From: a virus
IMG/VR virus record: IMGVR_UViG_3300012521_000001
Coordinates: 1 to 47,186 of that record
Direction: 5' to 3' (one strand)
Length of the DNA: 47,186 nt
Both the position numbers and the translations under genes were made by a program. Each line of letters opens with the position of its first letter. Within the stretch, counting starts at the first letter, position 1. Of this stretch, positions 15,364 through 23,286 are shown piece after piece. Below the pieces are notes generated by a model. It made no database searches. It was not told the origin of the DNA and was given only the letters and a program-made list of their open reading frames with translations.

Positions 15364-16176
15364 ATGGCTAAAATTCTTGCATTCATCCCGACCAGGGAGC
15401 GCAACACAGTTCACATCCCCGCCAACATCCTGGCACCGTTTGTGGACAAAATCGTGGTGATGTCCAAAGGAGCAGACACCACCGGATTGCCAGACAACAG
15501 CACTGTGATTGAGCAGAGCTGGACTGGGCTGCAGGGGGTGCAGGAAGTCGGAGATGTGATGGCTTACGAGGAAGGATTTGACTATATCCTTCAAGCCGAT
15601 GATGACATCCGGTTCCCACCAGAGTTGGTTGCCAATCTTATCCAGCTCATGGAAGACAATCCAGGATTGGGCGCATGCTGTTCTCTTTCCTCAGTCCAGT
15701 ATTACTGGAACAGGGAAGTGCAGTCCAACAAACATTTTCTGGTTGCGCCATTCCCCAGCCAGCTGACTCTGATGCGAGCCAAACTTGTGCCAGAGTTACA
15801 GCAGGCGTTTGGCACCGTGTATGGGGGATTGGGCACTATGGAGGACGTCGCCAAAGGTGTCCATCTGTGGAGCCTGGGGTATCCTTCCGTGTACTTCAGA
15901 GCAGATGAAGAGCTTGTCCACAATGTGTTTATCCCCCGACTCAAGAAGAGCAAAGAGATGGGTGGCCAGCCAATCTCAGAGCGAAGCCGGATGATGCACG
16001 AATCCGTTGAATACCTCCAGAAGTTCGTTGGACCGGACAATGTGCTCAAGTCTGCTAAGCTTGGCTACCGGAAGGATGGGCAGGCAACTTTCCGTCTGCG
16101 GTGGAACTGGGATTGGATGTGTGGGAATGTCAAGCAGCCAGTAGGGTATGAGGACAGCAAGGGCAGAACATTCTAG
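15364..16176 (+). CDS. GT-A fold glycosyltransferase-like protein (family-2-like, DxD motif)
   Basis: GGAGGA RBS before ATG 15364 (the 15124 version is an Arg-rich extension). N-terminal ILAFIPTRERN, then FDYILQADDDIRFPP (DxD). No TM segments or signal peptide seen. Confidence 0.65.
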   Translation: MAKILAFIPTRERNTVHIPANILAPFVDKIVVMSKGADTTGLPDNSTVIEQSWTGLQGVQEVGDVMAYEEGFDYILQADDDIRFPPELVANLIQLMEDNPGLGACCSLSSVQYYWNREVQSNKHFLVAPFPSQLTLMRAKLVPELQQAFGTVYGGLGTMEDVAKGVHLWSLGYPSVYFRADEELVHNVFIPRLKKSKEMGGQPISERSRMMHESVEYLQKFVGPDNVLKSAKLGYRKDGQATFRLRWNWDWMCGNVKQPVGYEDSKGRTF

Positions 16177-16246
16177 TCTGGCTGCGCACGCTGCGTGGGG
16201 TGTTTGGGGCAGGCAGTCCCAACACCCCTAATACAACCATTGGGAC

Positions 16247-18193
16247 ATGTGGGAGAAGCAAGCAATGGACCAGGCAGCTGCAAGAATTGCGACCCTGGAG
16301 AAAATACGGCAAACCACCAGCCAGCCCCATGAGAGGGAGCAGGCAGAAGCCATGCTGCGGAGACTGCGTGGGCAAGAGCCAGAGGAGAAGCAGCGCAAAT
16401 GGCATCTGCTGACGCTGGAGGAATTGGCGCAGTGCTCCGGTCACCCAGTTGCGGTGGACATCGAGACCAATGGTCTGGAATGGTGGAACAAGCGCATTAT
16501 CGGCATCGGTGTGCACTGCCCCAAAGCAGGCATCACCGGATACATGCCCATCTTCAACAAAGCAGAAGCAGATGCTGCCTCTGCAGTGATGCAAGCGTGG
16601 GATAGCAAGACGGTGTTCATCGCCCACAATATCAAGTTTGAGCTCCATTTCCTGGGTCTAGAGCCATGGGATATGACACTATGGGACACCGCAGTAATGG
16701 CCCATCTGCTTGACTCGCGCCAGTCCAAAGCTCTAAAGGATGTTGAGGCTGCTTACCTGGGGACCGATAGCAAACAAGGCTATGTGGACATGGTTCCATA
16801 CAAGCAGCGCAGGAAAATCTGGACATGGCCACTCGACATCGTTGCCCCATACTGCATCAACGACTGCATCGTTGAGTATGAGCTGGCAAAAGTGATGAAG
16901 CCACTCCTCAAAGAATGGGGCTTGTGGGATCTGTTCAAGAAGGATATGGAGTACATCAAAATCCTCTGGGAGACCGAGCACCGCGGATGGCCAGTGGACA
17001 TTGAGTTCATTACCAAGGCCAGGGACTTGCTCCTGGACCATGTGCGGGAGCTTGTCCAGGAATTGTTTGATGCGGTGGGCTATGAGTTCAACTATCGGTC
17101 TGCCAAGCAGCTCAGCAAGGCCATCTATGATAACATGGGCATCCCCATGCCTGTCGACCCATTTCCCAATTCCAAATTCGCTGACCGTGGGAAGTACAAC
17201 AGCACCTGCACTTCTACCTTCCTGCTGATGGAGAAAGTAAACCACCCGCTGGGGGAGCTGATTGCAACCATCCGAGAAAGCGAGAAGTTGGCCAAGACGC
17301 TGTCCAAGTGGCTGGAATTGGTTGATGAGAATGGACGCATTCACACCAACTTCAATCTGACTGGGACAAAGACCGGACGACTGAGCAGCAGCAATCCGAA
17401 CGTTCAAAACATCGCATCCAATGTACGCACCCGATTCACGCAAGGTGTGTACACGGGTGGCACGGAGAGAACAGAAGAGTATAACCTGCGCAATGCCTTC
17501 GTCGCGCCACCAGGCTGCATGCTGGTTGCGGCTGACTACAAACAGATGGAGATGCGTATGTTTGGCATCCTGAGCGGCGACCCGTTCATGCTGAAAAGTC
17601 TGGCGGCTGGACGCGACATCCACGGTGACATCGCGGAGAAAATCTGGGGACAACGAGATGAGACGCACCGAGAGTGGGCAAAGACAATCAGTTTCGGCCT
17701 CATTTATGGCATGACCGTGGGAAGTCTGCAGTTCAAGCTTAACATGTCGATAGCGGAGTCCCGGCGCATCACACAGGACTACTGGAACGCATTTCCACGC
17801 ATCCAGCCCTGGATGGGCGATGTGATCCAGGAAGTGCGCAAGAACAACTACATCCGCTATTGGTCTGGACGCATCTGGCACGAGGATGACCCGGAAATGC
17901 ATTATCGGGCTGCCAATGCCTTGATCCAAGGGGGATGCGCCGATGTTCTGTCCATCGCTGCACTGCGTGTGCATAAATGGCTCAAGGAGAACATCGGGGA
18001 TGACGCTTACATTATCTCATATGTGCACGACGAGTTGATTTGCTGCGTGCCAGAGGATCGGGTGAATGAGACCGCCAAAGCCTTGCAGGAGATTATGCGG
18101 GTGGAGGATTTGTTCGTCATTCCCTGGCTGACCGATGTCAAAGTGGGCAAAACTTACGGGTCCATGGAGAAATACACGGTGCAGGAAGGGTAG
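16247..18193 (+). CDS. Family A DNA polymerase (Pol I-like) with a 3'-5' exonuclease domain
   Basis: Exo I VAVDIETNGL. NPNVQNI. Motif A VAADYKQMEMRMF. Motif B REWAKTISFGLIYGM. Motif C YVHDELIC. Confidence 0.95.
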   Translation: MWEKQAMDQAAARIATLEKIRQTTSQPHEREQAEAMLRRLRGQEPEEKQRKWHLLTLEELAQCSGHPVAVDIETNGLEWWNKRIIGIGVHCPKAGITGYMPIFNKAEADAASAVMQAWDSKTVFIAHNIKFELHFLGLEPWDMTLWDTAVMAHLLDSRQSKALKDVEAAYLGTDSKQGYVDMVPYKQRRKIWTWPLDIVAPYCINDCIVEYELAKVMKPLLKEWGLWDLFKKDMEYIKILWETEHRGWPVDIEFITKARDLLLDHVRELVQELFDAVGYEFNYRSAKQLSKAIYDNMGIPMPVDPFPNSKFADRGKYNSTCTSTFLLMEKVNHPLGELIATIRESEKLAKTLSKWLELVDENGRIHTNFNLTGTKTGRLSSSNPNVQNIASNVRTRFTQGVYTGGTERTEEYNLRNAFVAPPGCMLVAADYKQMEMRMFGILSGDPFMLKSLAAGRDIHGDIAEKIWGQRDETHREWAKTISFGLIYGMTVGSLQFKLNMSIAESRRITQDYWNAFPRIQPWMGDVIQEVRKNNYIRYWSGRIWHEDDPEMHYRAANALIQGGCADVLSIAALRVHKWLKENIGDDAYIISYVHDELICCVPEDRVNETAKALQEIMRVEDLFVIPWLTDVKVGKTYGSMEKYTVQEG

Positions 18194-18203
18194 GGGGAGT
18201 GCA

Positions 18204-20792
18204 ATGTCCGAGGAAAAAAACATTGCCAAATTGCTCCTGGATATCTTTGGTGGCAATGAATACCATGCAGTCGGAAAGAAGCGCAGTGGTGGGGCAGGTG
18301 TCTGGTACGACCTGGTGGAGGAGCCTCTGACTGAGGAGCTGCTGGAGGAGCATCTCAAAGGCCAGAAGGTTTTGGGCAGCTATCCAATCTTGCCAGACAA
18401 CACAGTCAAATACCTGGGATGGGACATCGACAGTGCCGGAGACCTGCTCAAAGCCAGGGAGCTGGCCAAGCGCATCATCGCTCGGATTGAGCACTTGCCC
18501 CATGTGGTGGAGTTCAGTGGTGGCAAAGGATACCACATCCTGCTGTTTCTCACCGAACCGATGCCAGCAGCCAAGGCCAAGGAGATTGCGGAGTTCGTCA
18601 GGGATTCAGAGGAGCTTCCACGCAGCGGCGACCCCCACGTGGAGTGCTACCCAAAGCAGGCCAAGCTTGGGGAAAGCAGCAGCAAGCGCAGAGCAGTGGG
18701 CAATCTTCTGAAGATTCCGCTGGGCCAGCACTTGATGACCCACGAATGGTCCAGGTTTGTCAACCCAGCCAATGGTTGGGAGGATGGTCCCGCTGTTGCG
18801 CCTGAAGAGGCGCTAGAATGGCGCGTCACACCCGATGAAGCACTGGGTCTCCTCTCCGCAAGCAGGGATCTGATAGGGGAGTTAGCGCAGGCCATCTCGC
18901 AAGACTGGGATGAAGGCAAACGGCATGATCTGTCCCTGTACTTGGCTGGATACCTCTCCCAGATTGGCTGGTCCTTCGATCAGACCGCGCAGCTGATCAA
19001 GCGGATCTGCGATCTGCGTGGCGATGGGGAGGTGGAGAATCGCTTGCAGGCTGCGCAGGACACATACCGCAAGCTGGACAGCGGAATGCGTGTCGCAGGC
19101 TTCCAAGCTCTTGTGGAGACCCTCAGCGGTGCCGCCATGCGCACGGTCTTGGACCTTGCACCGGATTTGGCTTCACCGGACATTGCTCGGAGAGTGGACA
19201 AATTGCGGTTCCAGAAGGGACCCGCGTGGCTCAAGGAGCGCAAGGTGGCTGACCTGGTTTGGTCCTATCTGACAGACCGGGACACCAATGGACGCATCCT
19301 GCGAGTGCCAGATGCCGCCAACCAGACCTACCGCACCTACTGGTACAATCGCAGAAACAAGCGAGTGGTGCCTCTGGACGCACGCCTGTTTGAGGTTGAG
19401 CTGTACCAGACTTTTCAGCTCAGCGCAGCAGAAGGATTCACCCAGCGTGTGCTGGAGACCGTCCGACTGCGAGCAGAAGCCATGGGTGACACGGTGGATG
19501 TGCACAAGAGCAGCTGCTACAAAGATGGGGTGCTGTATGTCAACTTTGGGGGACCGGACGTCTGGGTGTGCAATGGCAAGGATATGCCATACAGTGTGCA
19601 CAATGGGGAGCTGGATTTGTTCTTCCTCACTGGGAAGAGGATGGACCCAGTGGAGCCAGACTTTGACGAACCGATTGATGTCTGGTCAGTGCTCGTGGAT
19701 GACCTGAACTTTGCTCGGAGTGGGGATACACCCATTCCCCCAGACCAGCAGAGAGAGCTATTCAAAGCCTGGGTGTTGAGCAATTTCTTCAGGGAGCTAC
19801 TGCCCACACGACCCATTCTCACCCTGCTGGGAGCACCAGGCAGTGGCAAAACAACAGGCATCCGGAGAGTGCTTCAGTTTATGGAGGGTCTCCAGGAAAA
19901 TGTGCTAGAGGTGGTCGAAGACAAGCCAGACTTTTGGCGGTCAGTCCTCGAGAACCACCGCATAGTCGTGCTCGATAACTTGGAAGAAAGCAATGCGCAG
20001 TGGCTCGCTCGCAGTCTGGACCAGGTCGCGACCGGAAGCACCATTGAAATCAGGGAGCTGTACAAAACAAACCGCAGCTATCAGATCAGAGCAGATGTGT
20101 TCGTTGCCCTGACCGCAGTAACCATGCCGTTCAGCAAAAGCACACTGTTTGAGAGATTGCTGACGCTGAATATGGAGAAGCTGCAGGTGTACACACCAGC
20201 CCATGCCTTCAACGAGCAACTGAAGCGCTCCCTCAACGGAATGTGGGCGGATATGCTGCTGAAGCTCAATCGGGTGGTGGCGGAACTGGAGCGTGTGAAG
20301 ACAGCACCCCTCTCTGTGAACATGCGAATGTCTGACTTTGCGATGTTCTGCGCAAGACTCCGGGAAGTGGATAGCGACATTCTGGATGGGGAGACCTTGC
20401 GCAATGGGCTGAGTTTGCTGAGCAGCAGCCAAGCCATCGCACTGGCGCAATCGGAGCACTCCGCATTGCCTGTTCTCCAGCGGTGGATTGAGGAGAATCC
20501 CGAAGTTGCTGCAAGGGAGCACACCATCTCGGACTTGGTGGGGCCATTGACTGAGATGGCGAAGAAGATGGACCGCAAAAACTGGCGGTTCACCACAGCC
20601 CAATCATTGGCCAACCATCTGCGGGCCATGCACTCCGTGCTGCAGAAGGAGCTAGGGTGCGTTATCGGAGAGGAGTATGACAGCGACAAAGGCAGGACCA
20701 AGACCGTGTACTCATTCCCCCATATGCGTCTCATGGGGGAGAGAATAGCTTTGGAAAGCAAGAAGGAGGATAAGAATGGGCATAGTGGCTAA
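18204..20792 (+). CDS. Bifunctional AEP-type primase-polymerase fused to a P-loop (D5/SF3-like) helicase
   Basis: GGGGGAG RBS before ATG 18204. AEP motifs LGWDIDS and SGGKGYHILLF. Walker A LLGAPGSGKTTG and Walker B-like IVVLDNLEE further downstream. Confidence 0.85.
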   Translation: MSEEKNIAKLLLDIFGGNEYHAVGKKRSGGAGVWYDLVEEPLTEELLEEHLKGQKVLGSYPILPDNTVKYLGWDIDSAGDLLKARELAKRIIARIEHLPHVVEFSGGKGYHILLFLTEPMPAAKAKEIAEFVRDSEELPRSGDPHVECYPKQAKLGESSSKRRAVGNLLKIPLGQHLMTHEWSRFVNPANGWEDGPAVAPEEALEWRVTPDEALGLLSASRDLIGELAQAISQDWDEGKRHDLSLYLAGYLSQIGWSFDQTAQLIKRICDLRGDGEVENRLQAAQDTYRKLDSGMRVAGFQALVETLSGAAMRTVLDLAPDLASPDIARRVDKLRFQKGPAWLKERKVADLVWSYLTDRDTNGRILRVPDAANQTYRTYWYNRRNKRVVPLDARLFEVELYQTFQLSAAEGFTQRVLETVRLRAEAMGDTVDVHKSSCYKDGVLYVNFGGPDVWVCNGKDMPYSVHNGELDLFFLTGKRMDPVEPDFDEPIDVWSVLVDDLNFARSGDTPIPPDQQRELFKAWVLSNFFRELLPTRPILTLLGAPGSGKTTGIRRVLQFMEGLQENVLEVVEDKPDFWRSVLENHRIVVLDNLEESNAQWLARSLDQVATGSTIEIRELYKTNRSYQIRADVFVALTAVTMPFSKSTLFERLLTLNMEKLQVYTPAHAFNEQLKRSLNGMWADMLLKLNRVVAELERVKTAPLSVNMRMSDFAMFCARLREVDSDILDGETLRNGLSLLSSSQAIALAQSEHSALPVLQRWIEENPEVAAREHTISDLVGPLTEMAKKMDRKNWRFTTAQSLANHLRAMHSVLQKELGCVIGEEYDSDKGRTKTVYSFPHMRLMGERIALESKKEDKNGHSG

Positions 20793-21057
20793 GTATGTGA
20801 CGCTGGAGCAAGCCTACCAGCTGCTGAAGGACCATCCCAATGCGCAGATTGTGGTGTTCACCGCAAAGGTGAAACGGCTGGAACCCAATGGGGACGGCAG
20901 CTACCTGGTGGAGACCACGAAGAAAACCTACCCAGCGCTGCCAGGGAAAACATATTGCTACATTATGAAGCTGGACCCATTCCTGCCATTGCTTATCTTG
21001 GGCGTTCTCGCTGCGATGTGGATGGCAGAGCAAGGCTGGTTTGGTCCCTGGATTTGA
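20776..21057 (+). CDS. Hypothetical protein with a C-terminal TM helix
   Basis: AGAAGGAGGA RBS. C-terminal FLPLLILGVLAAMWMA. Confidence 0.6.
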   Translation: MGIVAKYVTLEQAYQLLKDHPNAQIVVFTAKVKRLEPNGDGSYLVETTKKTYPALPGKTYCYIMKLDPFLPLLILGVLAAMWMAEQGWFGPWI

Positions 21058-21084
21058 AAGGGGATGTGAGAGGAGAGGAAGGAG

Positions 21085-21276
21085 ATGACTGCGGAAACAG
21101 ACGCTCGTGCACGTTTCCTCGAAACGACAGCGCGACTCGGTGGTACCCATCCTGGATCGGATTTCCGGCGATGGGTAAAGCGCGAAAGTGACGAGGTGCT
21201 GGCGCGGCTGTTGCGGTCTTCTATTCCCGGTGTGGCGAATATCGCCCGCATGGAGCTTGATCGGAGGATGCGCTGA
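21085..21276 (+). CDS. Hypothetical protein (63 aa)
   Basis: GAGGAAGGAG RBS. ATGA coupling to the next small ORF. Confidence 0.55.
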   Translation: MTAETDARARFLETTARLGGTHPGSDFRRWVKRESDEVLARLLRSSIPGVANIARMELDRRMR

Positions 21277-21437
21277 TGGCCAAATTATCCAGTGTGGTGG
21301 TCCTGGTGGTCTTGGTCGTGATCTTTGCCACCGTCGCCCTGGCTGCGCTTGTGGTTGGAATGCACTGGCCACAGCCAGCCAATGTACAGCTGTGGGAATA
21401 CGCTGAGTCGTGGAGGGAGTGGACCCATTGGCTATGA
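21276..21437 (+). CDS. Small membrane protein (53 aa; below the ORF-track length cutoff)
   Basis: My own translation: MAKLSSVVVLVVLVVIFATVALAALVVGMHWPQPANVQLWEYAESWREWTHWL. ATGA overlaps at both ends. Confidence 0.5.
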   Translation: MAKLSSVVVLVVLVVIFATVALAALVVGMHWPQPANVQLWEYAESWREWTHWL

Positions 21438-21637
21438 ACCGGAGTGCGGAACTGTACTCGCTGAATCTGGGGAATGGGCGGATGCTGATGCTGCGCCTGT
21501 CCGAAGTGCTGGCTGTCTACAAGACCAACTCCGGAGTGCGCATTGTGCTCCGAGGCAATGAGAAGGGCATCAGCATCCGCTGCAAAAGGGATGAAACGGA
21601 CAAAATTTATCGGGCCATCTGGAGTGCAGTGGGGTAG
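21434..21637 (+). CDS. Hypothetical protein (67 aa)
   Basis: ATG 21434 overlaps the upstream stop codon (ATGA). The ORF track lists a longer version from 21410. Confidence 0.55.
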   Translation: MNRSAELYSLNLGNGRMLMLRLSEVLAVYKTNSGVRIVLRGNEKGISIRCKRDETDKIYRAIWSAVG

Positions 21638-21694
21638 GGTGAGAAGAGGTTGGGCTCGGTTGAACCAGAGGTGAGGCAAGGACTGGCTGGCAAG

Positions 21695-21740
<46 letters not shown>

Positions 21741-21854
21741 CAAGGACTGGCTGGCAAGGGTGAGTCTGAGGTTGGGCTGGGCTGAATAAGGGGTGAGGCA
21801 AGGGTGATGCCGAAGCAGGGCAGGTCGAGGAATAGAAAATCGAAAGGAATGCGT

Positions 21855-21959
21855 CTGCAGCATGTGCAAATGGGGACTGCTGCTGTGAAACAACATCCAG
21901 GCTACCCTTATAGCATGGATAGCCTGAAACAGCAATAATCCCCACTGCAGCAATGCAGG
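21855..21959. repeat. Intergenic repeat family R3, copy 1 (homologous to 26968-27073)
   Basis: Shared ordered blocks: CTGCA, TGGGGA, TGCTGTG, CCT.TATAGC, TAGC, AATAATC, CCCCA, TGCAGCAATGCAGG. Confidence 0.7.
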
Positions 21960-21989
21960 GAAGGGAAGGGACGCAGAAAGGGACGCAAC

Positions 21990-22349
21990 ATGGAACTGGA
22001 ACAATACCAGCATTCGGCACTGTCCACGGTGGTGTTCCCAGAAGAATGGGGCATCGCATACTGCGCACTCAAGCTCAACGGTGAAGCAGGGGAAGTGGCC
22101 GAAGAAGTCGGCAAAGCCATCCGTGCGGGGGAGCTTGTGTTCCCAATGGGCAGTGCTTCCAGGGACAGTGGACCAGGTACAGTGCATGAGAAACTGCGGG
22201 AGGCACTGCGGGATGAGCTGGGGGATGTGCTGTGGTATGTGGCGGTGCTGGCCCACCAACTGAACTATTCGCTGGAGGAGATTGCCACCGCAAATTTGGC
22301 AAAATTGCAAGCCAGAAAGCAGAGAGGAGAATTGAAACACCATGGATAA
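21990..22349 (+). CDS. mazG: MazG-like nucleoside triphosphate pyrophosphohydrolase
   Basis: KLNGEAGEVAEEVGK (ExxE) and LRDELGDVLWYVAVLA (ExxD), in a ~119-aa protein. Confidence 0.85.
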   Translation: MELEQYQHSALSTVVFPEEWGIAYCALKLNGEAGEVAEEVGKAIRAGELVFPMGSASRDSGPGTVHEKLREALRDELGDVLWYVAVLAHQLNYSLEEIATANLAKLQARKQRGELKHHG

Positions 22350-22710
22350 GCAGCAAATGCGAGAGATTGTCTGCCGGTGCTGCGAGCTTGCGCTGGTGCG
22401 CAAGGATATCGAGGGAGACCTGAGAGAAAGCCAAGTGGTTGCTGCGCTGGACAAGCAAAGCCTGCCCACGCATCTGTGGCTGCTGCTGGTAGAGCAGATG
22501 GTGGACGCCATTCGAGAGGAGTTTGGGAATGTGCGCTTGGAAGTGAGGCCATCGCACTATTTCATCAAGTGGCCCACGGTCCTAGAGATCAACGTCCAGT
22601 GGCGAGACAGCACGTGGGGACCGGAGACATTTCTGCAGTGCCGTGTGGAAGTGCTGCATCTGCCAGGATTGTTGCTGTTGCGGCAAAAACTCTATGGGGA
22701 GAGGAACTGA
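22342..22710 (+). CDS. Hypothetical protein (122 aa)
   Basis: Overlaps the mazG stop codon. Coding-like composition. No motif recognised. Confidence 0.6.
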   Translation: MDKQQMREIVCRCCELALVRKDIEGDLRESQVVAALDKQSLPTHLWLLLVEQMVDAIREEFGNVRLEVRPSHYFIKWPTVLEINVQWRDSTWGPETFLQCRVEVLHLPGLLLLRQKLYGERN

Positions 22711-22880
22711 TGGTGGTCAAAACAAAGTCTGTGCTGGGCTGGGATATCCATGTCAGCTGGAATGGGCAAGCCTACATCGCACGGTGGGTCGATGGGGGAC
22801 CCGATGTTATCGGGGTAGGGGACACCATTGCGACTGCAGTGGGTTCGCTGGTGCTGCAATCTGTGGATTGGAAGATCTGA
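22710..22880 (+). CDS. Hypothetical protein (56 aa)
   Basis: ATG 22710 overlaps the upstream TGA. GGGGAGAGGAA RBS. The 22377 version of this ORF is an alternative-frame extension. Confidence 0.5.
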   Translation: MVVKTKSVLGWDIHVSWNGQAYIARWVDGGPDVIGVGDTIATAVGSLVLQSVDWKI

Positions 22881-23038
22881 TCGGTGTCGCGGTGTCGACC
22901 GGCATCTGCCGGAATCGGTCGGAAATGGGCCAATTTCCAAAATTGGCCCATCCTGTTGCCTTGGCGATGTCTGCTGGAATGGGCAATCCATGGGATTTAA
23001 TATCTTCCCTAATAGTTTTTGGTGGTTGGTACTATGTA

Positions 23039-23175
23039 CGGGAAAACTTTACCCCGTGACCCCGTGGTCATGGTGGTTTCGAAAACTTTTCTACATGTTT
23101 TTTGGGGTGATGCAATGAATATATAAAGTTATGGAAAACCCATTTCCACGGGGTCAGGGGGGTAAAGTTTTCCCG
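23039..23175. repeat. Large inverted repeat: 29/30-nt arms containing CCCCGTGG iterons, around a 78-bp AT-rich spacer. Homologous to the 3.8-kb element.
   Basis: Left arm: cgggaaaactttaccccgtgaccccgtgg (23039-23067). The reverse complement of the right arm (23146-23175) is cgggaaaactttacccccctgaccccgtgg. Confidence 0.85.
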
Positions 23176-23176
23176 T

Positions 23177-23224
23177 ATATAGGCCAAAAGTACTATTTGC
23201 GGGAAAAGTTTATTGGAGTACAAT
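23177..23224 (+). promoter_or_regulatory. Repeated promoter-operator element P1 (TTGCGG-N16-TACAAT)
   Basis: ataggccaaaagtactatttgcgggaaaagtttattggagtacaat. -35 at 23197-23202 and -10 at 23219-23224. Confidence 0.7.
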
Positions 23225-23286
23225 AGGGGGTAGTGATGGAGGGCAAGAATGCCCACAGTGCCCAAATGGGCAAGGAGAAGAAGACC

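Noticed and set aside
22643-23118. ORFs 22643..23059 and 22828..23118 running into the inverted-repeat element
   Set aside because: They overlap the better-supported 22710..22880 gene in other frames. They have no RBS, and they read through the iterons and AT-rich spacer.
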